Source: a bacterium (GTDB lineage Bacteria > Synergistota > GBS-1). Taken from it: a stretch of DNA of 64,000 nucleotides. The translations under genes were made by a program, and so were the position numbers. The notes beneath the pieces were generated by a model. It worked only from the letters and a program-made list of their open reading frames with translations. It did no database searches and was not told the DNA's origin. Location of the stretch: NCBI GenBank assembly GCA_030153785.1, contig JASKLF010000001.1:216896-280895 (forward strand), read 5' to 3'. Of this stretch, positions 55,606-64,000 are shown piece by piece; within the stretch, counting starts at the first letter, position 1; each line of letters begins with the position of its first letter.

Positions 55606-56889
55606 TCACTTTGGGAAAATTAATGTAAACTTGCTACCCTTACCCAATTCGCTTTCTACTTCAACAATTCCCCCATGCAAGGAGACTATTTCTTTAACAA
55701 TGCTTAATCCCAGTCCCACTCCTCCTACCCTCTTAGAGCGGGATTTATCAACCACATAAAACTTCTCAAAAATATACGGTATATGTTCTTTGGGAATACC
55801 TATCCCCGTATCTTCAATCACGACCTTTACCCCGTCTTCAAGCTCTTGAGCTCTAATTGTAACGCTTCCGCCATCTACGTTATAATTTATAGCGTTATCA
55901 AGCAAATTCAAAAGGGCGCTTTCAATAAGCGCCCTTTCTCCCATCATAATCAGGTCTTCTTGAGACAACCTCACATCTATACGAATCCTTTTCCTCTTCG
56001 CCTTCTCTTCTACAATAGGTAGAAGGCCAGAAAGAAGCTCGCTTAATTTTATGGATTCTTTAGATATCCTCCTTCTTTTCAACCCTTGAAGGGCAAGAAT
56101 TTTAGAAACTACATCATTCAGCCTTTCTGCATTCCTAACTATAAGAGAAAGCAGCTTATTCTCTCCGATTTCTCCCTCCAAAGTTTCAGCCGCTCCCTTC
56201 ATAGCGGCAAGGGGAGTCTTTATTTCATGAGCTATGCTCGATATCAACTCTGACTCTCTTTCTTCCAATTGCACTTCCTGCGTAATCTCCTTAAGGACCA
56301 CTAAAATCTTCCCTCCAGAGAATACTCCCTTCCCCAAGAAAATTCTATTACCAAAGGATATCTTAAAACTATCCGCTTTCCCTTTATCCTTAATTACATC
56401 AAAAAACTCCAAGAGGTCTTTGTTATTAGAAAACTGCCAGTACCATTTCCCCTTAACCTTTCTACCATCACTCTCTCCAAAAAGTGAAAGAAAAGGAGAA
56501 TTAGCCTCTATTAACCTTCCAATCTCATCAAAGAAGGCAACAGGGACCTCCACAAGACAAAGCAACCCGCTAAGCCTTTCTTTATATTCAAAGCTCCCTT
56601 TAGACAAAAGTTCAAGGTAACGGGCAAGCTCGTTAAGTTCACCAACCGCCTTTCCCACTTCATCATTGCTATCTACAAAAGCCCTAATCCTATAATCTCC
56701 CACCTTTAAGCGGGAAAGAAGATAACCGAGGTATTTAATCCTGACCTCAACTCTATGAACGAGAAGATAAAAAAGGAAGGGTATAGATATTAAACAGCAA
56801 AACCTCAACCAGAGGGAGTCTACACTGAAGGAGATAAGAAGGAAGAAAACAGAAAAAACCAAGAAAATGAGCTTATCCCTAAAGCTCAA
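55606..56889 (-). CDS. phoR: Sensor histidine kinase, PhoR-like (HAMP-PAS-HisKA-HATPase)
   Basis: AHEIKTPL, NLLDNA, DTGIGIP, FYVVDKSRS...GG.GLGLSIVK motifs; pst genes nearby. Confidence 0.8.
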   Translation of the reverse strand: MSFRDKLIFLVFSVFFLLISFSVDSLWLRFCCLISIPFLFYLLVHRVEVRIKYLGYLLSRLKVGDYRIRAFVDSNDEVGKAVGELNELARYLELLSKGSFEYKERLSGLLCLVEVPVAFFDEIGRLIEANSPFLSLFGESDGRKVKGKWYWQFSNNKDLLEFFDVIKDKGKADSFKISFGNRIFLGKGVFSGGKILVVLKEITQEVQLEERESELISSIAHEIKTPLAAMKGAAETLEGEIGENKLLSLIVRNAERLNDVVSKILALQGLKRRRISKESIKLSELLSGLLPIVEEKAKRKRIRIDVRLSQEDLIMMGERALIESALLNLLDNAINYNVDGGSVTIRAQELEDGVKVVIEDTGIGIPKEHIPYIFEKFYVVDKSRSKRVGGVGLGLSIVKEIVSLHGGIVEVESELGKGSKFTLIFPK

Positions 56890-57559
56890 ACTTGTAACCT
56901 ACCCCACGGACAGACCTAATCAAACTACCAAATCTTCCAAGTTTTCTTCTTAATCCGCTCACGTGAACATCAATAGTCCTATCGACCACGAATCTTCCTC
57001 CCCAAAACCTTTCAAGAAGCTCCTCTCTTGAAAAAACCTTACCCGGATTCTGAACAAATATGGAAAGGAGTCTAAACTCAACAGGAGTTAGGTCTATCTT
57101 TTCTCCCTCCAAAAGAGCCTCCATCTTTTCAAGGTCTACGAGAATCGGCCCCGCTTTTAGCATTGCAGTCCTTTCTTCCCTTAAACCCGACCTTCTAAGT
57201 AAGGCCCTAACCCGAGCCACAAGCTCTCGAGGGCTAAAGGGTTTGGTAAGATAATCATCAGCACCAAGCTCCAGTCCGACAACCTTATCGGTTTCAGAGT
57301 CCTTAACGCTTAAGAACAACACCGGTATACGAGAAAACCTGTAATTGTTTTTTAGGAACCTACATATCTCCAATCCATCAACGCCGGGCAAAAGAATATC
57401 CAGAATAACAAGGTCAGGATAAAAGTTATCAAGGGAAGACAAAAAGCTCTCTCCATCATTGAAAACCCTAACCTCGAAATTTTCCTTAACCAGATTATAA
57501 GATACAAGCTCGGCAATATCCTCTTCATCCTCGACTATTGCTATAACCCTTTTTACCAT
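56879..57559 (-). CDS. phoB: OmpR/PhoB family response regulator
   Basis: VEDE, LDILLPG.DG, GADDY.TKPF and RTIDVHV..LR.KL...VRGVGY motifs. Confidence 0.85.
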   Translation of the reverse strand: MVKRVIAIVEDEEDIAELVSYNLVKENFEVRVFNDGESFLSSLDNFYPDLVILDILLPGVDGLEICRFLKNNYRFSRIPVLFLSVKDSETDKVVGLELGADDYLTKPFSPRELVARVRALLRRSGLREERTAMLKAGPILVDLEKMEALLEGEKIDLTPVEFRLLSIFVQNPGKVFSREELLERFWGGRFVVDRTIDVHVSGLRRKLGRFGSLIRSVRGVGYKFEL

Positions 57560-57563
57560 CCTG

Positions 57564-58871
57564 CTAATGCTCCTTCATCACAAACCTTAAAGGAGTTCCC
57601 TCAAAACCAAAGGTTTCCCTCAATCTGTTCTCCAAGTAAGAGAGATAGCTTTTCTTCAACAATTCCTTAGAGTTAATAGAAAGTTCAAAAAGGGGTGGAG
57701 CCTCTCCTTTCTGAGAAACGAAGTATATCTTTAATTTTCTTCCCCTCCTGTCCGATGGAGGAGGAGAAAAATAAAGGGCTTCCCTTATAGCCCTGTTAAG
57801 CTGAGAGGTAGGAACCCTCATCCTCCAATTGGCATAAACCCTATCTATGGCTGGAAAAATCTCTTCAACGTTATAGCCAGTCTTAGCTGATATAAATAAA
57901 ACAGGAGCGTAGTTCACGAAGTAAAACTCCTTCATAAGAAAATCTTTAAAAAGGTTAGGGTCAAAACCAGGCAAGAGATCCACCTTATTAACAGCTATAA
58001 TTATGGCTCTCCCCCTTTCCTCTATCATCCCAGCTATCCTTTTATCCTGCATCGTTGCCGGCTCAAGGGCGTCAAGCACAAGGATAGCTACATCACTTTT
58101 CTCCAAAGACCTGATACACCTCAAAGTGCTATAGTATTCTACACTTTCCTTAATCCTCGACTTTCTGCGAAGACCAGCAGTATCGATAAAAAGATAATCT
58201 CTTCCCTTGTATCTAACAAGGCTATCTACAGAATCCCTTGTAGTTCCGGGCTTTTCACTAACCAACGCCCTTTCCTCGCCAGCAAAAAGATTGAGCAAAG
58301 AAGATTTCCCAACATTAGGCCTTCCTACAATAGTAACCCTTATTACGCCTTCATCTATCTTTTCCTCCTCTTCCTCGGGCAAAACAGAGATAACCTTATC
58401 GAGAAGTTCATCTAGATTTCGTTTGGATTCAGCAGATACGGGAATAACATCCTCTATCCCAAGTGCATAAAAATCCGATACAAGCTTCTCATGTTTAGCT
58501 TCATCTATCTTATTAACTACGAGAATTACCTTCTTATTCATTCTTCTCACAACTTCGGCTATCTCTTCATCGGCCGGTAAAAGTCCGCTTCTTCCATCAA
58601 CGACAAGAAGAATTAGATCAGCCTCTTTCATTGCCCTCAAAACCTGTTCCCTAACCCCTTCCCATATGGGGTCTTTTTCACCGGAAACGAAACCTCCCGT
58701 ATCAACCAACCAAAACTTCCTACCCACCCACTCCCCAATCCCATATATCCTGTCACGGGTAATACCGGGCACATCAGCCACGATAGCCTTTCTTTGCCCT
58801 ATTATCCTGTTAAACAAGGTAGATTTACCCACATTAGGCCTTCCAACTATGGCGACAACCGGCAAAGACAT
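57564..58871 (-). CDS. der: Ribosome biogenesis GTPase Der (EngA)
   Basis: Two GRPNVGKS GTPase domains; C-terminal FGFEGTP. Confidence 0.98.
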   Translation of the reverse strand: MSLPVVAIVGRPNVGKSTLFNRIIGQRKAIVADVPGITRDRIYGIGEWVGRKFWLVDTGGFVSGEKDPIWEGVREQVLRAMKEADLILLVVDGRSGLLPADEEIAEVVRRMNKKVILVVNKIDEAKHEKLVSDFYALGIEDVIPVSAESKRNLDELLDKVISVLPEEEEEKIDEGVIRVTIVGRPNVGKSSLLNLFAGEERALVSEKPGTTRDSVDSLVRYKGRDYLFIDTAGLRRKSRIKESVEYYSTLRCIRSLEKSDVAILVLDALEPATMQDKRIAGMIEERGRAIIIAVNKVDLLPGFDPNLFKDFLMKEFYFVNYAPVLFISAKTGYNVEEIFPAIDRVYANWRMRVPTSQLNRAIREALYFSPPPSDRRGRKLKIYFVSQKGEAPPLFELSINSKELLKKSYLSYLENRLRETFGFEGTPLRFVMKEH

Positions 58872-58877
58872 CTTAAG

Positions 58878-60656
58878 CTACACCTCCACAGGGTCAATAA
58901 CCAAAGAAAGCCCGTCGGAAACTTTAATCTTGCCATCCTCTAAAAACTTCCAAAGCTCTTCCTGGAGCTTTCCCTTTTTGCCTTTGATCACCAAAGATAG
59001 AGAAATTTTCCCGCCACCCACAAACTTCTTGATAGGCCCTAAAACTTCCAAAGAAGAACCTTCTTCAATTTGCTCCTTAATATATTTTATCTTCTTTCTC
59101 AAAGAAACTTCCTTCTTCCCCTCAACGGAAATCAGAGCCATAGAATACAACGGCGGATAACGAAGTTCCTCTCTCTTTTTCAATTCTTCCTGAAAGAATC
59201 TCTTCCACGAGCCCTCCACAAAAACTTTAAAAACAGGATGCTCGGGAACGTAGGTCTGAATAAAAATCTCCTTAGGAGAAAAATCGGCAACCGAGTAAAT
59301 CAATCTCAAAGTATCCTCCTCTCCTCTATAACTGGGCACGTATAAAGATATGTCCGCCAACACGATGCAAGCTAAAGAAACATCTTTCATCAATTTAGGT
59401 TGAAGGACAGCCTGAGTGCCAAGAATAACCAAAGAAACCTCTTTATCCTCTTTTTTCTCTGCATCCCAAACTTCTACGCTTTCTCCAAGCTTTTCCTCCA
59501 ATAGAAGTTTGGCTTGCTCTATTCCAGGAGACCCTACCTTGAAGAAAATCCCTCCACAGTTAAAGCACTTGTCAAAAAAGGGCTTCTCATAACCACAATA
59601 AGAACATCTCAGTTTGTTTCCATCCCTGTGAAAAGACAAAGGAACATCACAATTGGGACATTTAGGAACATAACCACATTCACCGCATTTTAAATAAGAA
59701 GCATAGGCCTTTCTGTTTAACAAAAGAACACTTCTTCTCCTATTTTTCAAATTAGCTTTAACCTTGTTAAACACAGAGAGCGATAAAAGGGCCTTCTTCT
59801 TACTCCTCCTCAGGTCAACCACAACAAGCTTCGGAGATTTGTAAGGAAGCTCTTCAAGCTCCCAACCCTCGCTTAGTTTTACATAAGCTTCAAGGCTGGG
59901 GAATAAGCCCCCCAAAATTACAGAAAAGCTTTCGATCCTCCTTCTTAAAAGAACCGCCTCCCTAGAGTGGATATAAGGAGGTGAAAGTCTTCTTAAGTAA
60001 GGGCTTCCCTCATCATCCACAATTACAAGCCCCAAGTCCCTTACAGGAAGAAAGGCCAAAGAAGAAGTTCCCACAAAAAGGGCTTTCCCCTCTCTCCTCG
60101 CAGCTTCCCAAGCCTTCTTCCTTTCCCCTCTTTTCATCTCGCTGAACCAAAGATAGGTCTCTTCAAAAGATAACCTTGAGGCCCAATCCTCCACATCCTC
60201 AACCTGAGGCACAACAAGTAGCACCTTTTCTCCCCTCTTAAAAAACTCGGAAATAATATCTTTATAAAAAGCGAATCGAGATTCTCTCAGCCCCACAACT
60301 ACTTTATTAAACACGTCACTTTCTGCATATCTGAGCCCCAGCTCGCCGAAGGAGGGAAGATAGTTATACGGGAAAAGAAGCTTCAGAGTCATCCCAAGGG
60401 GATAACAATACTCAAAGGAAAGTAACCTGGCAAATGCTAAGAAAGAAGATGGTAACGGAGGAACATCGTCAATGATTTCCTTGATCGTTTTAAGACCAGA
60501 AGGCTCTCCCTTCCTGGCAGATAATACCCATCCTTTCGAAACGCTTTTACCCACAGGAACCTTAACCCTTAAGCCAACATCAACCTTACGGGGAGAAAAA
60601 TAAGAAAGGCAATAAAACAACGGCCGCTCAATAGCAACGTCCAATACGTATCCCAT
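58878..60656 (-). CDS. priA: Primosomal protein N' (PriA) with degenerate helicase motifs
   Basis: 3'-binding domain RVKVP.G; LLNRK.Y followed by four CxxC pairs; IQTY.PEHP and R..L.YPP motifs; syntenic after coaBC. Confidence 0.88.
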   Translation of the reverse strand: MGYVLDVAIERPLFYCLSYFSPRKVDVGLRVKVPVGKSVSKGWVLSARKGEPSGLKTIKEIIDDVPPLPSSFLAFARLLSFEYCYPLGMTLKLLFPYNYLPSFGELGLRYAESDVFNKVVVGLRESRFAFYKDIISEFFKRGEKVLLVVPQVEDVEDWASRLSFEETYLWFSEMKRGERKKAWEAARREGKALFVGTSSLAFLPVRDLGLVIVDDEGSPYLRRLSPPYIHSREAVLLRRRIESFSVILGGLFPSLEAYVKLSEGWELEELPYKSPKLVVVDLRRSKKKALLSLSVFNKVKANLKNRRRSVLLLNRKAYASYLKCGECGYVPKCPNCDVPLSFHRDGNKLRCSYCGYEKPFFDKCFNCGGIFFKVGSPGIEQAKLLLEEKLGESVEVWDAEKKEDKEVSLVILGTQAVLQPKLMKDVSLACIVLADISLYVPSYRGEEDTLRLIYSVADFSPKEIFIQTYVPEHPVFKVFVEGSWKRFFQEELKKREELRYPPLYSMALISVEGKKEVSLRKKIKYIKEQIEEGSSLEVLGPIKKFVGGGKISLSLVIKGKKGKLQEELWKFLEDGKIKVSDGLSLVIDPVEV

Positions 60657-61839
60657 TGGCCTCTTTAAGTATCTCCTCTGCTACCTTCTTCTTGTGAAGC
60701 CTTGGCAAAAACCGCACAGCTCCCGATGGATATACAAATGCAACTTCGTTCTCTTCTCCTCCAAAACCTACACTTGCCTCATTCACCACGATAAAATCGG
60801 CACCCTTTTCCTTAAGTTTCTTATAAGCATTCTTAAATATATCTTCCGTCTCAAGGGCGAAACCCACCAATACCTGTTCCTGTCTCTTTCTTCTTCCAAG
60901 CTCGAGGAGGATATCAGGGTTTTTAGCAAGCTCTATCGTAAGCTGAGATAGCCCCTCCTTTTTTATCTTTGAAGAAGATGTAAAGGAAGGTTTAAAATCT
61001 GAAACTGCAGCAGACTTAACCGTTATGTGGGCTTCCGGGAAAAGCTCCAAAACCGTATCGAACATCTCGGAAGTCGTTTCCACTTTATATAACTTAACTC
61101 CCACGGGTGGAGCGAGATTGACAGGCCCACTTACCAAATCTACATGAGCTCCCATCAAGCTTGCTACATAAGCAACTGAATAGCCCATCTTCCCACTTGA
61201 CGGATTTGAGATATACCTTACAGGATCTATCCATTCTCTCGTTGGGCCTGCAGTAACCAAAACCCTTAAGCCAGAAAGAGATTTAGGCTGATAAATGGCC
61301 TTTTCAGCCATATAAAAGGCTACCTGAGGATCAACAAGTCTTCCTCTTCCCGTCTCACCACACGCCAAAAAACCTTCCTCAGGTTCAATTATTACAGCCT
61401 CATCTTTTATCAGCTTTAAAGCCCTCCTTAAGCCTGCACTCTCATACATACGCCAGTTCATCGCCGGTGCGATTATCTTCGGCCCCTTAAAGGCCATGTA
61501 AACCGTTTCAAGAAGGCCATCGGCTCTGCCAAAAGCAACGGAGGATATAAAATCGGCAGAAGCAGGGTAAACTATCAGGAGGTCTGCCCACGATGCAAGG
61601 TCTATGTGGGGAACTCCTCCAGCAAAATACTCGTAAGGAGAATAAACTTTCTGAGCGAAGGGAGAAAAAGAAAGGGGAGTAATAAACTCCATTGCCCCCT
61701 CGCTCAGAACGACGCGGACATTTGCTCCTCCATCTTGAAAGAGCCTTAAAAGCTCTACACCCTTATAGGCCGATATACTACCTGTAACACCAAGAACTAT
61801 ATTCTTTCCTTGGAGAAAGCTTTTGAAGGCAACTCCCAC
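60628..61839 (-). CDS. coaBC: Bifunctional phosphopantothenoylcysteine decarboxylase/synthetase
   Basis: GVTGSISAYK, PAMN, GFLACG..G.GRL and TAGPTRE.IDPVRYISN.SSGKMG motifs. Confidence 0.97.
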   Translation of the reverse strand: MGVAFKSFLQGKNIVLGVTGSISAYKGVELLRLFQDGGANVRVVLSEGAMEFITPLSFSPFAQKVYSPYEYFAGGVPHIDLASWADLLIVYPASADFISSVAFGRADGLLETVYMAFKGPKIIAPAMNWRMYESAGLRRALKLIKDEAVIIEPEEGFLACGETGRGRLVDPQVAFYMAEKAIYQPKSLSGLRVLVTAGPTREWIDPVRYISNPSSGKMGYSVAYVASLMGAHVDLVSGPVNLAPPVGVKLYKVETTSEMFDTVLELFPEAHITVKSAAVSDFKPSFTSSSKIKKEGLSQLTIELAKNPDILLELGRRKRQEQVLVGFALETEDIFKNAYKKLKEKGADFIVVNEASVGFGGEENEVAFVYPSGAVRFLPRLHKKKVAEEILKEANGIRIGRCY

Positions 61840-62024
61840 TCTATCAACCCCCGATCAAGCTCCTTTAAAGCGATGGATATGGGCTTAAGCGGTTCTACGC
61901 TTAATACCTTCCTTGAAGGGTCACTTCCTATCGCCCTTGCCCTCTTTGCAATTATCATCGTCAAAAGATAGCGGGTGCTTATGTTCCTCTTTTTCATCAA
62001 ATCCTCTATCGTCGGATAAAACAT
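61797..62024 (-). CDS. rpoZ: RNA polymerase omega subunit
   Basis: YPTIEDL....RYLL..IIAKRAR and KPISIALKE motifs; located between gmk and coaBC. Confidence 0.9.
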   Translation of the reverse strand: MFYPTIEDLMKKRNISTRYLLTMIIAKRARAIGSDPSRKVLSVEPLKPISIALKELDRGLIEWELPSKAFSKERI

Positions 62025-62610
62025 TCTCCCCCTCACCTCCCGAAAGACCTATTTCCCTTTTAACTATCTCTATCAATTCGGAAGATGCCCTATCTACGTC
62101 ATCATTAATAACAGCATAATCATAGAGCTCCCTTTTATCAAGCTCCCAAGAGGCATTCCTCAATCTTATTTCAAGCTCCTCCGGTGTCTCCGTTCCTCTT
62201 CCCTTTAACCTTGAAGCCAGCTCCTCCTTCGAAGGAGGAAGAATGAAAATCAGAACAGCCTCAGGAAACCTTTCCTTTACCTGTAAAGCACCCTGAACAT
62301 CGATTTCAAGAACCACGCTTTTCCCTTGATTTAACTTTTCCTCAACAAAGCCTTTCGGAGTTCCATATAGATTGCCATGGACCTCCGCCCATTCAAGAAG
62401 CTCTCCGTTATCTCTCATCTTCTCAAACTCCTCTTGGGTTATGAAAAAATAGTCCACCCCATTTACTTCCCCCGCCCTCGGCTTACGCGTGGTCACGGAA
62501 ACCGAATAGATTAGATTCGGCATTGCCTTAAAAAGCTCCCTTCTTAACGTTCCTTTGCCAGCTCCCGAAGGACCAGAGATAACGAAAAGCTTCCCTCTAT
62601 TCCTCTTCAT
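61921..62610 (-). CDS. gmk: Guanylate kinase
   Basis: [25 protein letters not shown] and EIDVQGA motifs. Confidence 0.97.
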   Translation of the reverse strand: MKRNRGKLFVISGPSGAGKGTLRRELFKAMPNLIYSVSVTTRKPRAGEVNGVDYFFITQEEFEKMRDNGELLEWAEVHGNLYGTPKGFVEEKLNQGKSVVLEIDVQGALQVKERFPEAVLIFILPPSKEELASRLKGRGTETPEELEIRLRNASWELDKRELYDYAVINDDVDRASSELIEIVKREIGLSGGEGENVLSDDRGFDEKEEHKHPLSFDDDNCKEGKGDRK

Positions 62611-62875
62611 CCTCCCTCCCACTTTCTTCTATCAATCGATTTGCAACGGTTTCAGGTTGAATAGCGGAAAGAATTATATGGTCGCTATCGGTTATTATAA
62701 CCGCCCTCGTTCTCCTCCCACAGGTCGCATCTATAAGCTTTCCCTTTTCACGGGCAGCCTCTTTCATACGCTTTATAGGAGCAGAGCCAGGACTGACAAT
62801 TGCAACTATTCTATTAGCAACAACGACATTGCCAAACCCCACATTTATAAGCTTTAATCCCATAAAAGAGATCAC
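62597..62875 (-). CDS. remA: DUF370 / RemA family protein
   Basis: [24 protein letters not shown] and [13 protein letters not shown] motifs. Confidence 0.93.
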   Translation of the reverse strand: MISFMGLKLINVGFGNVVVANRIVAIVSPGSAPIKRMKEAAREKGKLIDATCGRRTRAVIITDSDHIILSAIQPETVANRLIEESGREDEEE

Positions 62876-62876
62876 C

Positions 62877-63752
62877 TCACTCTATATTTTGAACCTGTTC
62901 CCTTATTTTCTCAAGCTCGGCCTTTATCTCCACCACAAGCCTCGAGATCTCCACCTCTCCTGACTTTGAAGAAAGGGTATTTACCTCCCTCAACATCTCT
63001 TGGATCAGGAAATCCATCTTCCTTCCTACAGGGCTTCCACCCTCTATCATCTTAGAAAACTGGGATAAGTGGCTCTTAAATCTAACGATCTCCTCTGTCG
63101 CATCTTTTCTCTCCTGAAGAAATGCTATCTCCGCTATAAGTCTGTCCTCACTTATAGTAACATCCTGCATTATCTCCTCAACCTTTTCCCTTATTTTCTG
63201 GGGAATAGATTCCCTGAGCTCCAAGCACCTCCTTTCTACCTCCTCCGATAGAGAGAAAAGGAGATCCACGCGTTTCTTAAGGTCCTCAGCCAAGTATGCC
63301 CCCTCTTTCTCTCTCATCTCTATCATATTCCTTAAGGCGGTTTCCAATGCCCTCTCAACTATGGGCCATATTCTATCTACATCCTCAGTAACTTCGGTCA
63401 CCTCAAATAAGTCTGGAAGCTTTAAAAGAAGATCCAGCCTAATTTCGTCCAACAGTTTAAGCTCATCCTTAAGCTCGTTCAACATTTCATAGTAGCGGCG
63501 AGCCAATGGCTTGTTCAAGACTATCTCAGGCATATAGCCTTCCGTATACCGAAAGTTCACAATAACATTAATCTTACCTCTACTTACCTTGCCCTTAAGG
63601 TACTCTTTTATCCGCAGTTCAAGAGCCACGAGATTTTTAGGTAGCTTAACAGATATCTCACAAAAACGATGATTAACAGAAGATATTTCTACTATGCACC
63701 TTAGACCTTCTCCCTCGCTCTCCCCCCTACCATAGCCTGTCATACTCAGCAA
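62877..63752 (-). CDS. yicC: YicC/YloC family endoribonuclease
   Basis: SMTGYG, SVNHRF, GRKMDFL.QEM.RE.NT..SK and REQVQNIE motifs; TTG start inferred. Confidence 0.95.
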   Translation of the reverse strand: MLSMTGYGRGESEGEGLRCIVEISSVNHRFCEISVKLPKNLVALELRIKEYLKGKVSRGKINVIVNFRYTEGYMPEIVLNKPLARRYYEMLNELKDELKLLDEIRLDLLLKLPDLFEVTEVTEDVDRIWPIVERALETALRNMIEMREKEGAYLAEDLKKRVDLLFSLSEEVERRCLELRESIPQKIREKVEEIMQDVTISEDRLIAEIAFLQERKDATEEIVRFKSHLSQFSKMIEGGSPVGRKMDFLIQEMLREVNTLSSKSGEVEISRLVVEIKAELEKIREQVQNIE

Positions 63753-63759
63753 GGAAGCC

Positions 63760-64000
63760 CTACTTTCCAGAGAAAAACCACCTCTCCATCGCTTGGTATA
63801 GTTCCTCAAGATTATACTTCTTTAACGCGGAAATATAAACTACCTTATCCCCAAATCTATCTCCTATTCTCCTTTTTATTCCTTCCAGCTCTTCCAGCGT
63901 AAGCTTGTCTATCTTGTTAAAAACCATTATGGTAGGCTTATCCAAGCTTTTCAGTCCCTTCAGAACGGTATTGACCGCATCTATTTGATCAAAGAAATTA
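63760..64000 (-). CDS. hflX: GTPase HflX, C-terminal part (truncated by the window edge)
   Basis: Q..AV..VL..L...DKP.I.VFNKID...ISA...NL; typical position upstream of yicC. Confidence 0.75.
   Translation of the reverse strand, partial: NFFDQIDAVNTVLKGLKSLDKPTIMVFNKIDKLTLEELEGIKRRIGDRFGDKVVYISALKKYNLEELYQAMERWFFSGK

Noticed and set aside
176-63251. Numerous short antisense or nested ORFs in the six-frame track (e.g. 39389-39928, 58666-59160, 28580-29068)
   Set aside because: They lie within well-supported genes and have Ser/Phe/Leu-rich shadow composition with no motifs or SD
1-64000. CRISPR arrays, IS elements, prophage, rRNA
   Set aside because: No spaced repeats, transposase, integrase or phage ORFs, or rRNA-like sequence seen by eye

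Overview
A 64-kb chromosomal window from a compact, roughly 40% GC anaerobic bacterium. It is probably thermophilic and diderm (Synergistota-like; this is inference). Housekeeping blocks are ispA-dxs-tlyA-nadK-recN, pgsA-plsY, feoAB, trmN6-rsmI-metG-tatD, hup, and hflX-yicC-remA-gmk-rpoZ-coaBC-priA-der-phoBR. Accessory blocks are (1) a MoaD/RraA-aldolase/Ldh_2/tungsten-AOR/cupin/TRAP catabolic operon of unknown substrate, (2) a Thermotoga-type hexuronate locus (uxaC, IclR, TRAP, kdgK, uxuB, uxuA) without eda, (3) a split methionine synthase, (4) a five-gene operon of exported LPP20/FlgT/CsgG-like proteins, (5) a family 1 encapsulin with ferritin-like cargo, (6) pstSCA and (7) another TRAP system. 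One tRNA-Pro(CGG) is present. Four genes look damaged: a frameshifted CsgG-like gene, a truncated TauE/SafE gene, an internally deleted MCP and a gdhA with two lesions. I saw no transposase, integrase, CRISPR array or rRNA. The strongest candidates for undescribed biology are the envelope operon, the AOR-coupled catabolic pathway and an anti-SD hairpin at pstS. All family assignments come from motif recognition by eye; no searches were run.
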